Of a DNA stretch of 64,000 nt, positions 12,167 through 25,900 are shown in pieces. The notes beneath the pieces are model-generated. The model ran no database searches. It was not told the origin of the DNA and saw only the letters and a list, made by a program, of their open reading frames with translations. Both the position numbers and the translations under genes were made by a program. Within the stretch, counting starts at the first letter, position 1; each line of letters starts with the position of its first letter. The DNA is from Albugo candida (Eukaryota): NCBI GenBank assembly GCA_040437565.1, contig JBDOQK010000004.1:434001-498000 (forward strand), read 5' to 3'.

Positions 12167-15100
12167 CGGACGAAATTAAATTTCACGCAGTGGGTGAATG
12201 TAATCATCATGGAATTTGCAGTAAATGTTTCATGAGGATGAGGTGGGTTTTGAAGGATCGCTCCTGTCCAATTTGTAAGACGGTTTTGTCAAAGATGATT
12301 GTATCTCGAGAAGTACGATCATTCCAGAGTTTTTCGACTTGGGGGGAGGAAATTCTTGGTGCTGGCAATGCTGTCGATGCCGAAACTGATATGATATTTG
12401 TAAATTGTCGCTCACACTATCAAAAATTAAGACGTTTACGAGAACTCCACTGTCGTTTGCGAAGCTGCGATTCTTCTTCTCAAACATATCTAAATATTGA
12501 TCAACTCAATCAACACATGAAAGAGGCACATAACTTGATGTTTTGTCAGCTTTGCTTGACGCATGAGACTCGGTTCATTCAGGAGTGTCCCGTTTATACC
12601 AAAGCTAAACTAGCTGCACACAGCTCAGGGCGGAATGGTAGAACCAAATCGGTCCAAAATAAACGGAAAGAACTGCATCCAATGTGTCAGTTCTGCAAAA
12701 AACGTCAATATTGTGACGTACAATTATTTCAACACCTTGAAAAAGAACATTACAAGTGCCATTTATGCAAGTCAAGTGACCAGTATTATCGAGACTAGTG
12801 AGTGTGCTTATATTTTCTCATGCAAGCTCGACATAATATTTCTCTCTACTTATAGCACCACCTTAGAGAACCACTTTAGGAGTCAGCATTATCTGTGCGA
12901 GGATACCAAATGGTAAGGTGATTCCCAATGCTTTATTTATCCATGCGCCTCACTATTGTATCAGCCTGGCTAGCCGATTTGTAGTGTTTGAAAACCAGGT
13001 CGAATACCATGCTCATATGGCACAAACTCATGGTGTACGCAATCCGAAAGTCATGCTGGAATTTCACGTTGCTAGAAACGTGGGACACCCTCAAGCATCG
13101 AATCACGCCTCTCCACCTNNNNNNNNNNNNNNNNNNNNNNNNNNNNNNNNNNNNNNNNNNNNNNNNNNNNNNNNNNNNNNNNNNNNNNNNNNNNNNNNNN
13201 NNNNNNNNNNNNNNNNNNAAAGATCTATTAAAGCATCAACAGTAGAAGAACGGGCAAAAGCGAGAGAGTATTGTGTTGTATGCACGGACGAAATTAAATT
13301 TCACGCAGTGGGTGAATGTAATCATCATGGAATTTGCAGTAAATGTTTCATGAGGATGAGGTGGGTTTTGAAGGATCGCTCCTGTCCAATTTGTAAGACG
13401 GTTTTGTCAAAGATGATTGTATCTCGAGAAGTACGATCATTCCAGAGTTTTTCGACTTGGGGGGAGGAAATTCTTGGTGCTGGCAATGCTGTCGATGCCG
13501 AAACTGATATGATATTTGTAAATTGTCGCTCACACTATCAAAAATTAAGACGTTTACGAGAACTCCACTGTCGTTTGCGAAGCTGCGATTCTTCTTCTCA
13601 AACATATCTAAATATTGATCAACTCAATCAACACATGAAAGAGGCACATAACTTGATGTTTTGTCAGCTTTGCTTGACGCATGAGACTCGGTTCATTCAG
13701 GAGTGTCCCGTTTATACCAAAGCTAAACTAGCTGCACACAGCTCAGGGCGGAATGGTAGAACCAAATCGGTCCAAAATAAACGGAAAGAACTGCATCCAA
13801 TGTGTCAGTTCTGCAAAAAACGTCAATATTGTGACGTACAATTATTTCAACACCTTGAAAAAGAACATTACAAGTGCCATTTATGCAAGTCAAGTGACCA
13901 GTATTATCGAGACTAGTGAGTGTGCTTATATTTTCTCATGCAAGCTCGACATAATATTTCTCTCTACTTATAGCACCACCTTAGAGAACCACTTTAGGAG
14001 TCAGCATTATCTGTGCGAGGATACCAAATGGTAAGGTGATTCCCAATGCTTTATTTATCCATGCGCCTCACTATTGTATCAGCCTGGCTAGCCGATTTGT
14101 AGTGTTTGAAAACCAGGTCGAATACCATGCTCATATGGCACAAACTCATGGTGTACGCAATCCGAAAGTCATGCTGGAATTTCACGTTGCTAGAAACGTG
14201 GGACACCCTCAAGCATCGAATCACGCCTCTCCACCTGAAATGTGGGCACCTCATGAAGGTGAAAGAGGCCAACAGATAGAATTTGCGATGGCCGAGCTGG
14301 AGGAATCGTTCCCATTATTACCAACTCCTTCAACAAATGCTCCTAATTTAGGCTCAATTCAAAGATCCTTCTCCGTATCTACTACGCCTATTCGAAATAG
14401 AAAGGATCGCGAGAAGAATATGATGGATCTGGTTACAACTAGGCAAGGGCAAATTGCCCGAAATCGAAGACTCGCTCAAGCATTTGGATTATCTGGACCA
14501 GGAATCAATGACGAAGAATTTGCATTAGAATTGATTGCCCCTGCGTACCCGCAAGATTTGGTCAACTGGGCAAAGGCCAACACTGGATACCTCTCAACGA
14601 TTGAAAGACGTCTGGAACGTTTGGTAAAGGAAGCGAGANNNNNNNNNNNNNNNNNNNNNNNNNNNNNNNNNNNNNNNNNNNNNNNNNNNNNNNNNNNNNN
14701 NNNNNNNNNNNNNNNNNNNNNNNNNNNNNNNNNNNNNNTTGCCCGAAATCGAAGACTCGCTCAAGCATTTGGATTATCTGGACCAGGAATCAATGACGAA
14801 GAATTTGCATTAGAATTGATTGCCCCTGCGTACCCGCAAGATTTGGTCAACTGGGCAAAGGCCAACACTGGATACCTCTCAACGATTGAAAGACGTCTGG
14901 AACGTTTGGTAAAGGAAGCGAGATGCTTCAACGTTAGTTTGAAGCCTATGCCTTCAGAAGAAGTGAGTGTTGTAGAGAACGTTGCACTTGACACTCATAC
15001 ACTCTGACGTAGCGTGCATGTATGCATGAATTGGCTACTATCTATGGAGTTAGCTCAGAATCTACCGGACAAGACCCATATCGAAGAGTAGTCTTTTACA

Positions 15101-15342
15101 AAAGGGATGCCTCAAAAGTGCCGATAATTACCGTTTCGACGCATTTGCACGCGTTACACCGCGAGGCTGTTGGTGCGAAACAACAAGTAAATCCGTCACG
15201 AAGCGTAACTGAACAACGTCACGATAATCTCGGAGAAAATCGTGGCTGGGAACGCCTTCCTCGTGAAGAACAGAATACCACAATCGATGCGTGGAGTGAC
15301 GATGAAGAAAAGGGAGAGGAAGTTTGTACCGATGATTCCTAA
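11731..15342 (+). CDS. ZNF598: ZNF598/Hel2-like RING E3 ubiquitin ligase with C2H2 fingers and a C-terminal R3H-like domain (multi-exon; broken by gap overlaps)
   Basis: RING CVVC..C.H..C..C..R....CPIC; HPMCQFCKKR; HLEKEHYKCHLC; HELATIYGVSSESTGQDPYRRV (R3H-like). Three short GT-AG introns. Overlaps 12101-13118=13219-14236 and 14454-14638=14739-14923. Confidence 0.88.
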
Positions 15343-16329
15343 AGGCGGAAGGTCCCATGGTTGTCAGAATTCAAACTACACAGAAGAAAATGAGCATTTG
15401 GCAGCACGCTGCAGAAACGCTTCTGCGTCAACCAAGCCCCAGATGTGGTGGCTGGGCGCCTTGGTGACTGCTTCAATTCCATCTCAGATTATAGATGCAG
15501 ATATCCAATAATTCAACAAACCCTGAAGCAAAAATAGAACAGAAGTATGGAACGAGTTGAGTCTTTTTCGCTTCTCTTTTGACCTCCAAAGTCGAATCAT
15601 GCTGTACAATGTCATACAAAGCGGACCCGTACTAGTGACGGCTCAAAACTCAATCGATATAATGGCAAGCGCTAAAGAGCCGACACATTATCGCCTACTT
15701 TGTAAATTATAGAGCTGCCAACGACTTTGTATGGTGGGCATGGTGCCAATGTGAAGACTTGTATTACCACATTGACACTTTCTGTGGTTCACACAGCATA
15801 CGGTTTGAACAAAACGTGCAATCCGGATGGCCAACAAAATCGTGGTAAGTTGTGACAATAGAAAAGTTGGTAGGTGGCCTGCGTGATGTTTGAGAAAATG
15901 ACTTTGAGCAGCTGCAAATATGTGCATACAATCATAATATATCTGATTCTTTAACTACCTACTTATCTCATCATTACTCCTGACCGTGTAAATATCACCT
16001 AGTTTGGATTCAAACATAGGGAGGTAGATAGTTTCCAAGCTTTTTTACTTGGGGGAAGGGCTCGATCACTCCCCACACTGCCGGGAATCGGACCAACGAC
16101 CTCGAGGAGGGAATCTGCTTGATCAACCGACTGAGCTGGATTATAAAATGGGCGAGGATTTCTTTTTGTAATATCCACAACCTGTCCTCAAACTTCATTT
16201 TTGCCAGATGAAAATGCAACACTTCACTTCTCGAAACAAGATGGTGATACAAAGTTGATCGCTAGTCCACTTCAACGTGAAAGCTAAGGGCTCCTCAATT
16301 ATTTCAACGTGAAACAATATCTCAGCACT

Positions 16330-18100
16330 CACGGTGAATGTCAATGGAATCCATCAAAATGGTCATCTTGTTATCGACCTTGTCCTATCTCGACAGTCCA
16401 TTTGTCGTGTTCAAGACACAGACTTCCACGATAACAGCCAAATGGAATCGATCCAGGTTTTATTACATTCAAAAATGCATCACAAAATGTTTCTCAATGA
16501 TCACTACAGTGCTTTTCTACTTTTAACTCAAAATCGCAGTGGCGGTGTGATGAGAATCCTTCGTTCGGACTTTCCCGGTTACACAGCAGCTGAAAAACTC
16601 ACCGAACGAAGTATTCGTAATCGCTATTTGGTTTTGCGTCTTCTCATTCACGATGTACCAGTGTATATTAACAATTTATATGCACGGGTCAAGGCCGAGG
16701 AAAGAGTCATTTTTTATGAGTTGTTGCTCCCAAACACTTTCGAATCGACCGCGACACATCTCGTATTTGGTATTACAGCACACCACCCGATCCAGCTATC
16801 GATGCTTCAAGGGTACCAATTCGAAAATTCGACACGAAGCAAGTCGATTATGCGAAACTATTCCAAACACGCAATATTGCGTGTTTGGAATAGTTTCGCA
16901 TCTGGGTGCGGTAGACGCTTGGCGAATCCAACATCCGACCAAAAACTTATCTACAGGACCATTACCACGCAAGAATCGACTAGATTACATCTGCATGTCG
17001 GAAAAGCTTCACAATATGGTATACAAAACCTCCGAGTATTCCTGTCCACAACATGCGGGAGATCATTTGACCAAAAAAATAACTTTTGCAAATCCAACTC
17101 AATCCACAGGCGACGATATTGAAAATGTTCATTACCAGCATTTGAATATATTCTAGTTGTCGAAGCATTAAGTTGCAGTTGCGGACAACTTCATGTCCCG
17201 GGAAGATATGGGAAAGGAGGAGGACGAAAACCAAGAAGAAGCTTTCAGGAATTAAGAAGAAGATTGCACACGTTAGCCTACGTGATGTCGAGTCTAGCCA
17301 GCATCTTTTGGAATCCCTAGCAGCTCGGTTTTGCACTCAGGACACCAATCAGTCACGGCATTTTTACGAATCGAGTCTCGAACAATTCAGAGGTTCGGTC
17401 GAAGGCAATTCCAGATACAACCAAGACGAGAGCTTCGACTATCAGGTGAAGCATATTGAGAACTATCTCACTCATTTTTTCGCCCTCCGGATAGTTCTTG
17501 TCGTCGCGTGCCGATCGAAAATGTCATCAAAAAATGTGGCACCCTGACATCGAGCCCGAGGGAAAGTGTTGACGAATCTAGGGATCATTGAAGTGATGTC
17601 ATGAAATATCTATATAGCCCCGAGACCGACTCAGCTGATACATGCGAAGGAAAGCAAAAAAAGCTACTGCATTCGATTCAAGTTTCCCTTCTATCCGAAA
17701 AGCAAGACCGTCTCTCATAGCGCTTAAGTAAGGCAAAGATGGCAGAAGCGATCAAGCGCATGCAAAGTGGTTCTTCTCCAGGCATGGATGGACTACCAGC
17801 TGCATTTTATCAGCTTGATCCGGAAATGCTTGTCGAGTGTCTGAAGGATCGTGTTCGAATATTAGCTGGAAAGAGGTATCTTACTTCGATCGCAACGTCA
17901 CTCGGCAATAACATTATTGTACAAAAAAGGATCACGAGGTGATCCTAGCAACTATCGACCGATCTCAATGCTTTGCGTTGATGTGTAAGTAATTTCAAAA
18001 GTGTTGGCGTATCGATTTGCAACGGTTTTGCCAAAATTGATCCATCAAGATCAAACAGCACTTTTGCGAGGAAGGTCGATGCATCACCATATCCTACATC
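16330..18100 (+). mobile_element. Decayed L1/Tx1-type LINE ORF2 (APE endonuclease plus RT N-terminus)
   Basis: NVNGI..VQDT, NNLYA, RLDYI and GDHL (APE); SPGMDGLPAAFY, LYKKG..DPSNYRPISML and LIHQDQ (RT). Many stops and frameshifts. Confidence 0.85.
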
Positions 18101-18103
18101 TCA

Positions 18104-19280
18104 TCAGAAATAATACGGCAATTTACTTCCAAAAATCATGCATCGAGCCGTATACAAAATAATCCTGTGCATGCATTCTAATTTCCCATTCGACGCTTGA
18201 TTATTTGATTCAGACTTTCCGCGCGACCCCATTTCTCTTGCAAAACAAATCGACATTCCGATACTCACCGCCACCGTCCGTGCGTAACATAAGAACGCGA
18301 CAGTCGAAATTTTTTCCAAAGAAATCCAGAATATGCTCGAATTTCCGGGCAGCTGCATCCTTGGTCCTAGCCAGGAACACACGGCAATAATTCGACTTAT
18401 GTTCGACAAGATTGACCAATTATCGATTTCCAAATCGATCCTTCGGGGTCATAGGACCCTTTAAATTGCTTCATATCACCCCTCCAAGTCTGTAGATAGG
18501 TAAATTTCCCTGGGCGCAAGTCAGAAACTTCTCACGTATTTTATCGCTCAATTTGATGCCGGATCTTGCATTCTTCGCCATACGACGATGAAACAGCATG
18601 AGCGTACCTACATGTAGGTACGTATCTGGATCGGCAGTCGTCTATTCGTTGACAACTGCCATGATCACATCAATTGGCTCTTCGTCACAACGGCTTTAAC
18701 TTAGTTCGCACTTCAAGCACGTGATTGTTCATTTGAACGTAAAAAAGACTGTACCAGTCTTGGAATCCACCAGTGACCGACGACCGTCTGCATACATGAG
18801 ATTGAAACCCTTGTTGTCCAGCTTTCCATATGAGATAATGTTTCTCATTACTAACGGTGCGAGGTGAACGTCAGTCAAGCGCACTGTGCAAGGTCCACCA
18901 GCGGCCGTCAACTGGAGAAGCACGGACCCGACCTTCGTCACACGTAGCGATTGTTCATCTGGAAGCAAGCACTTGCTACCACAATTGCGGGAACTTTCAA
19001 GCATTCTCTCATCACACAAAAGGTGTCAACTAAACCGCTGTCAAAAAACCAACGATCTTGAATTATCTCTGTGTCATTGACTACTGCGACAGTAATATGT
19101 ACGCCACGTCCATTTCCGTTTCCACCTCCATTGTTCTTCTTACCACGGCAGTCTGCCGCGATATGTCCAGCTTTGTTACAGTTGTAGCAAGTCCGAGTCT
19201 CACGTCTTGGCTGCAAATTCCCACCATGTGGCACAACGGCCAAACCAGTAGCCTTGGCGCCACGCAGCAGGCCCGAGATT
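18104..19280 (-). mobile_element. Decayed Ty1/copia element A (zinc knuckle, protease, integrase)
   Basis: CYNCNKAGHIAADC, WFFDSG, RNIISYGKL and LRTDGGGEY. Confidence 0.88.
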
Positions 19281-22200
19281 TTTGTCGTTGGTAGTGCCTT
19301 TGTCAACACATCCACCATCATATTATCAGACTTGACAAAGCTTGCCTGCACGACCTTAGCTTGAGCGTAATGGCAGATAGAATTTGAAAAGAATGTCGAC
19401 ATATTTCGCGCTCGCGGTACTCTTCCCGCTTTCCAGTTCCTGATCGCCGCTTGATTAATCCATTAACATGGGCACGACTCAACAACTTATATGTCCAGTT
19501 CGCCAACGATTCATTTCAGCACTAGAAGATCACGAATAGTATGCGACGCAGCGATGAACTCTGCTTCCATTGTGCTACGCGAAACACCAGTCTGCTTCTT
19601 GCACGTCCAAGATACTACTACACCCTCCATCGTCAGCACGTATTCCTAAACCTGACTTTCTATCCAGCTTGTCCGCGGCAAAGTCCGCGTCGCTCCAGCT
19701 TTCGATCTTGATGAGGTCCTGTGGTTGGCTTGCACTGTTGACACATAACTTCTGCGACCTTGTCTCCTTAAATATCACGCACTTCTCGTGAACATTTTCC
19801 AATTTCTCATCTTCAGTTTTTGAGTCTACCTTGTCGCGCGGTGCACTGCCAAACAGATATCAGGGCGAGTGCATCTTTCTTGGTAGACTCCCAACGAGGG
19901 ACTGAAACGCCTTGATGCTTGCTAGTTCGCCTTCAATGAAGCAACCTACAATTTTGACCCTTGCGTTTCCTCTTTGTTTTTTTTTGGCATTCTTCGCCAA
20001 TTGGAGTTCGAGTTCCGTTCCAACCATGGTTCTGTAACAGTAAGTCGATAATCAATTCTTGATCCAGCACATAACCAGCCTCAGAGCCCAACATTATACG
20101 TAAGCTCAAAAACTTGTTCACTGAACCCAAATCTTTTATAGCGAGCGACACCATGCTGTCGAAAATTCGTTCAACGACATCAGTCGAAGTCCCAGTGACC
20201 AAAACGTCGTCGACGTACACTCCAACAACCGTGAAATTTCTATCCGTATCTTTAATATACAGACACATGTCTGTTGTACAATACACTGCTCGAAACCCAG
20301 ATTCACCAACTTCGAGTGAAATAGATTGCTTCATAGCCTTCCAGCCTACTTCAGGCCATATAGCGACACTTTAAAGCAACATCTTTTCTATGCTTAACTC
20401 CATGTTGCTTCAAGATATCTTGGCCTATTTGCATTCCGCTTGGCACTCTCATGTATATGTCAACACTTTTTCATTTTTAGTCTTGACACATGCATTTGGT
20501 AAGTCACCATGACGTGCCAGCACGTTTCATCAAATAGAGAGTACCCAGATTAGCTTCACGGTACCAAGTTCTATTACTGCATCAAAAGTCAAAGTGCAAT
20601 CGATTCCAAAGAGTATTTCATTGCCACTTGCAACGATTCTTGCCTTATATTCCTCCCCATCTTCATCAGCATCTGTCTCCGTCTTGAGAACCCACTCGTA
20701 ATGAAGAACGTGTGAGTCTCTAGGTGGAACTAACACTCTTCACAAAACCATCTAAATCCAAAGCGCTCAGCACTTCGTTTAGGCTACGAATCACTTATAT
20801 TTGTTAGTTCTTTTCACAGCCTCACCGTAGTTTCTTGGATCTGGTTCTCTGATAGTGCTGACAACTCCTTGAACTCTAATAATGTTACCTTTATCACTTG
20901 GCTTATCGAATTCATCGCGTCTTGACCGTGTCAGGTGTCGGTCACGTATCCATCCGGAAGATCGGCCTTCCGTTGGGCGCTGCCATGCCATCAAACGCCT
21001 CCTGACCTTCAGTACCATGCAAATCTTTTACCAATTCATTGTATTGAATGTAGGTCAGGGTTTCAACATACCGAACATGCTCAGTTACACTACTACACAC
21101 TCCTTTGGTATGTAGGACCGATATGCGTTCATCTCATCGTCCATTCCGATAATGATTGCCGCTTTCCCACGCACACCCAAAGATTTGTTCTTAATCTTCA
21201 GGTGCACCGTGAATGGGGAGCCAAAGACCACAATGTAACCTAAGATCGTCGTTTCTTGGTCAGCATCTCAATTGGGAAGATGCCACCTTCATTTGGCCTC
21301 GGTGGGACTTCGATTTAGGATGTAGGCTGCATGTTCAGCCACCTCGTCCAAAAACTTCAAGGGTAGCCCACTTGCAAACACCATACTTCGCACCATGTTC
21401 ATGATAATGCGATGGATTCTTTCAGCTTTGCCATTACTTTCCTGGTTGCTTCTTTCACTTACTTGTCGTATGACACCAAGTTTCTTGCAAAACACGTCCA
21501 GAGGTTTGTATTCGCCTCCACCGTCTGTACGTAGAACGTTCATACGGTAACTGAACCACTTTCGAAATAGACCAAGAAGTGCCTGAACTTCATCGCAGCA
21601 ACATCCTTAATCTTAGCGAGGAACACTCGGCAATAGGTTGACCGATGATCGATCAAGTTTTTCAAATACTTATTGCATAGTCACATGGCCCTTTAAGGTC
21701 GAAACAGATGGCGCCAGAGATCATATAGAAGGGTGAATCCAGCCCGCTGTCTTTGCGTGACTGTATGTTCTTCGTCTGCTTGTCTTGTGCGCATGCCAAG
21801 CAGTTGATACGCCTTATATCGGTCAGTTTGACACCAGAGGCAGGATCGCGGGACATCCTGATGATTGTGTCATATCACAGATGACCCAAACGACGATGGA
21901 ACTGTAACAAGCTTCCATGCTGGAAACCCATGTTATGTTCATGTTCATCACCATTCACGATTGTCATAACCGCCTCCTTTGGTGAACCAAATGCACAAAA
22001 ATTGTCAGTGGAAATAGCATCGTAAACCGAAACGATCAAAACATCATTGCTACGATCAACGTCCATGATGGGTGTACCACCCCGATTAGAGACCATAACA
22101 CGCCTCCCTTCCTTTCCAAGTTATCGAAGGAAATGATGTTACACCCCAAAGGAATGCGTATTGACCATCGAGAAGTCGGATGGTCTTTACAATACCAAGT

Positions 22201-23011
22201 GCCTTGACCCGGATCATCACACTTCCTTGTTTGGTGATTATTTGGGGTACCCCATCCGAATCCGCGGTAAAACATTCATTTCGTCATTCGACCGGATCGT
22301 CGAGTAGACTCAAGTCATTGACCAAATGTCGTCCTGAGCCGCTGTCCAATACTAAGTTGCTGGTTAGGCTGGACCTTCCATCTCTAGCAGCTAAAATGGA
22401 ATCTATATCTTGTCGTTTCTTGCCTTTGTTCGGGAAAACTGCATTGAGGTGACCAGTGTTCCCCCATTAATAGCACCTTCTTGTTCAGGACGTTTCTTGA
22501 TCTGTTTAAACTTCCTGATTTCCTTCGTCGGCTCGAGGACGTTTAACACGTCTCTAGCGAAACATTGGACTCGAAGGCCGAACTCAGTAGATTGTGCAAA
22601 TTGGGCGATACCTTCAGCCTGTCGCACAAAGTCAACTCTGTTCAGGTCCAAACAGGACAACATCGTCGTGCGCATTGTTGCCCAAGACAAGGCTGTCCGC
22701 GCCTCCGCACGAGTCACAGACAGCTGTTAGATACAAGAAATCTTTCATCCAGATACGGTGCGATGCCTTAGGCGCAATAAAAAACTGCAAAATCCGGGGA
22801 GGTGTTATCTTGGTAGAGAGTCAGGATCTTTGCATTGCATGCTACAAGGTTTGACTCTCAAACCACCAAGTTTCCACCTGCCGACGATAATTTTCTATGC
22901 CATGCCTGCAAGGTTTTGACCAAGAGCATCAACCTTGATGTTTTCAGGCCACACAAAACCACAGGAACGCTCGTAGAAGCCAACTTGTCGCAAAAATTCA
23001 ATCCCCATTCA

Positions 23012-23305
23012 GTTGAAGGTGTCTATATTACTAGAATTAGACAAACTGACTTCTCTAGTTGCCTAGGCTATCTTAAATAANNNNNNNNNNNNNNNNNNNN
23101 NNNNNNNNNNNNNNNNNNNNNNNNNNNNNNNNNNNNNNNNNNNNNNNNNNNNNNNNNNNNNNNNNNNNNNNNNNNNNNNNCCCTTGGTTGTGTCGATATG
23201 TCGACTTGAACCATTGTTTTCGAGAGGAAAGAGGTGAAAAAAGTTGTTTTTTCGAGTTGTTTTTACTAAATTGGCGGGTTACTTAGTAGCCGGCAAATTG
23301 AGAAG
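23012..23305 (-). mobile_element. Young LINE insertion (both ends only; interior lies in the gap) inside copia gag, with 15-bp TSD
   Basis: TTCAATCCCCATTCA at 22997-23011 and 23306-23320. The ends are reverse complements of 49150-49274 and 50194-50262. Confidence 0.85.
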
Positions 23306-23913
23306 TTCAATCCCCATTCAATAAACCCACTACCAAGTCCATGGTCGAGTTCCTTTCCGTCGAGAGGTTGCAGCGCCAATTTTCGTTGGCGATCACGCGG
23401 TACGCATTCGGGCACCTGCCCAGGTTGGTAACAACCTGGACCTGGTATACGCATACCTGGGTACTATTCTGCAGGTGCATCCTGACCATGAGGGCCAGCG
23501 TGAGGCATTTCACCCATTTTATAGTTGCCATCCACCTGAGACGGTGGGTCAATCATATCACCAGTAGAAGCTGGTCGTCGAGAAGTAAAGTAGGTGGCCG
23601 ACGAGACATTTGGCAAACATTTGAGAAAAGAGGTATGCTCCAAAGTCTGGGTGCGATAAATTCTCCTGATCCTAGAACCTAACCAGAAGTGCTTGACTCC
23701 GCTGAGTCCTTGCGATGCCCGTTGACTTTCTGGTCTTCGAGGATTCAATTCTACACATTCTCTACGACAAGTCACCAAGCATGGCGAGCATCTTGTCCAG
23801 TGCCGCCGCGGGCACTGCTCACTTTTCGTCCAATTGTTGGTCGTTGGTTGCTGGTCGTGCCCTAACCATCTACCATCACAGCAGGTATAGCTTGTTGGGC
23901 AACCCGTTTTTTT

Positions 23914-24064
23914 GGGCTCATAACCTGTTGGATGTATTCGAAATGCCCATACTATATCTAGTATTAACTTTTTTGCCAGCACTACGATATGCATGTGCAA
24001 CAGCATTGAAAACTTGAGTATGTCACGTTGCACATAACGTCCGTCGAATCCCACGTGGTGAACA
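23914..24064 (-). repeat. Copia LTR (24064-23926, TGTT..AACA) followed by PBS GGTTATGAGCCC (23925-23914)
   Basis: Minus strand reads ...CCAACA|GGTTATGAGCCC, matching the half-tRNAiMet-type PBS of Drosophila copia-like elements. Confidence 0.7.
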
Positions 24065-24410
24065 TCCTTCTTCGTCTTTCTGTCATGTTGTGACCAAACA
24101 ACCGTTCAGGGGAGGTCGGACTTTACCCGTAGTGGGTCTTGCAGTTGAAATTCAAGCCTTTGACGACCTCTCACAAAACGAAATCGTCTAAGAGGCAAAA
24201 ATTCCGGTAAATTGCTCAAGTAAGGGTCAGCGACAACGAAACGCCTCATCACAATTATTCCACAATTTTGAGTTGGCTGACTCCTAACTTTCCACTTGCC
24301 TTATACTTTTGGGATGACAAAAAGACAGAAAAAACCCACTATCACCCAAACCTGTCGATTGAAATGATATTCAGATATTTTTGCATAAATGGCAACTTGT
24401 AAGCTGACTG

Positions 24411-25900
24411 ATGAAGACACTCTATTTCCTCCACAGTATCTCGATTACAAATATTCTCTTTCGATTAATTAAGTACACACATCGTGTAGGATTACCAAAT
24501 CGCAGCATGATCAAGTGACTCTCTCCAGTACATTGAATCCTCAAAATATAGTCAGCAATATAGTTTCCAGCATAATCGAACGGAACACTTTATAAAGCGT
24601 TGATTTGCGTAGAGAATACAATTCAATATTTGAATGTGCTCGCTCGCAATCTGATTTTGCCTGCTTACTGCACGAATTATGCGGTACGTCTACCATATTA
24701 GAAGATCCTTCTGCTTGCGATAAGCTCGAAGAAGAGTACTTCGATAAAACTCCGATCTCAAACCAGTTTTCTGTTCAAATGAGTATTGCAGAACAAAACA
24801 ACCAAAAACACGTCCAGGTTCAATACTCCAGCGAGTGTATCTGGGGAATCCACGAACTTTGAGCTAAACAATGCAATAGTTGCATAACTGAGAAGACCCA
24901 ACTCCGAGCGTACGAGCGTACCAAACAACGGGTCACCACTGCACAACTTTCGAGTACGACCTCTTTGACCTCTTTGGACGAAGCCGTTGATAAAAAAGAA
25001 TTGGGAGAATGCATCAATGGTGCAACGGCGCAGCATAAGGGTTTTTTGCAAATGATATTTGTTCCGAATTTCATGTATGAGTATGAATTCGAGCAATTCA
25101 TACTAGGCGACAAGATTAATCAAAGCGAGCACCAACCTGAAGCTAAATTAACGGCAAAATACGTCCGTTATGATACACAAGAGGGTGCACCACATGGAGA
25201 GCCTGCTCAAGGAATACTTCGATTATTTGGTGTATCCTTTTGGCTCTATTCCGTTTCATTCCGGCTCAACTTCATCTCACTTGCTCAGGCTGTCACATGA
25301 ATAACTGTTGTACGACAGAACTCAGTCANNNNNNNNNNNNNNNNNNNNNNNNNNNNNNNNNNNNNNNNNNNNNNNNNNNNNNNNNNNNNNNNNNNNNNNN
25401 NNNNNNNNNNNNNNNNNNNNNNNNNNNNAACTGAGAAGACCCAACTCCGAGCGTACGAGCGTACCAAACAACGGGTCACCACTGCACAACTTTCGAGTAC
25501 GACCTCTTTGACCTCTTTGGACGAAGCCGTTGATAAAAAAGAATTGGGAGAATGCATCAATGGTGCAACGGCGCAGCATAAGGGTTTTTTGCAAATGATA
25601 TTTGTTCCGAATTTCATGTATGAGTATGAATTCGAGCAATTCATACTAGGCGACAAGATTAATCAAAGCGAGCACCAACCTGAAGCTAAATTAACGGCAA
25701 AATACGTCCGTTATGATACACAAGAGGGTGCACCACATGGAGAGCCTGCTCAAGGAATACTTCGATTATTTGGTGTATCCTTTTGGCTCTATTCCGTTTC
25801 ATTCCGGCTCAACTTCATCTCACTTGCTCAGGCTGTCACATGAATAACTGTTGTACGACAGAACTCAGTCAGCTTGACTATATTCCATACCGCGAGTCCT
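24411..25900 (+). pseudogene. Degraded lineage-specific gene, possibly a secreted effector-like protein
   Basis: Long frame 24605-25300 broken by one stop, containing CNSC and other Cys; weak signal-peptide-like MKTLYFLH at 24411. 24886-25328 is artefactually duplicated. Confidence 0.35.

Larger units (their letters stand above)
19281..24064 (-). mobile_element. Decayed near-full-length Ty1/copia element B (LTR-PBS-gag-PR-IN-RT-RH)
   Basis: gag LQPLDGKELDHGLGSGFIEWG; PR LLDSGSGRHLV; IN VLRTDGGGEY..ESNGKAER; RT YKARIVASGN and VGVYVDD; RH WSDADFA. The order is copia-type. Confidence 0.9.

Noticed and set aside
11147-14923. Apparent tandem paralogues of RFK and ZNF598
   Set aside because: Identical sequence bounded exactly by gaps; assembly artefact.
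25232-25240. GTATCCTTT, a perfect U12 5' splice-site consensus
   Set aside because: It lies in a degraded region, with no convincing U12 branch point or exon context.
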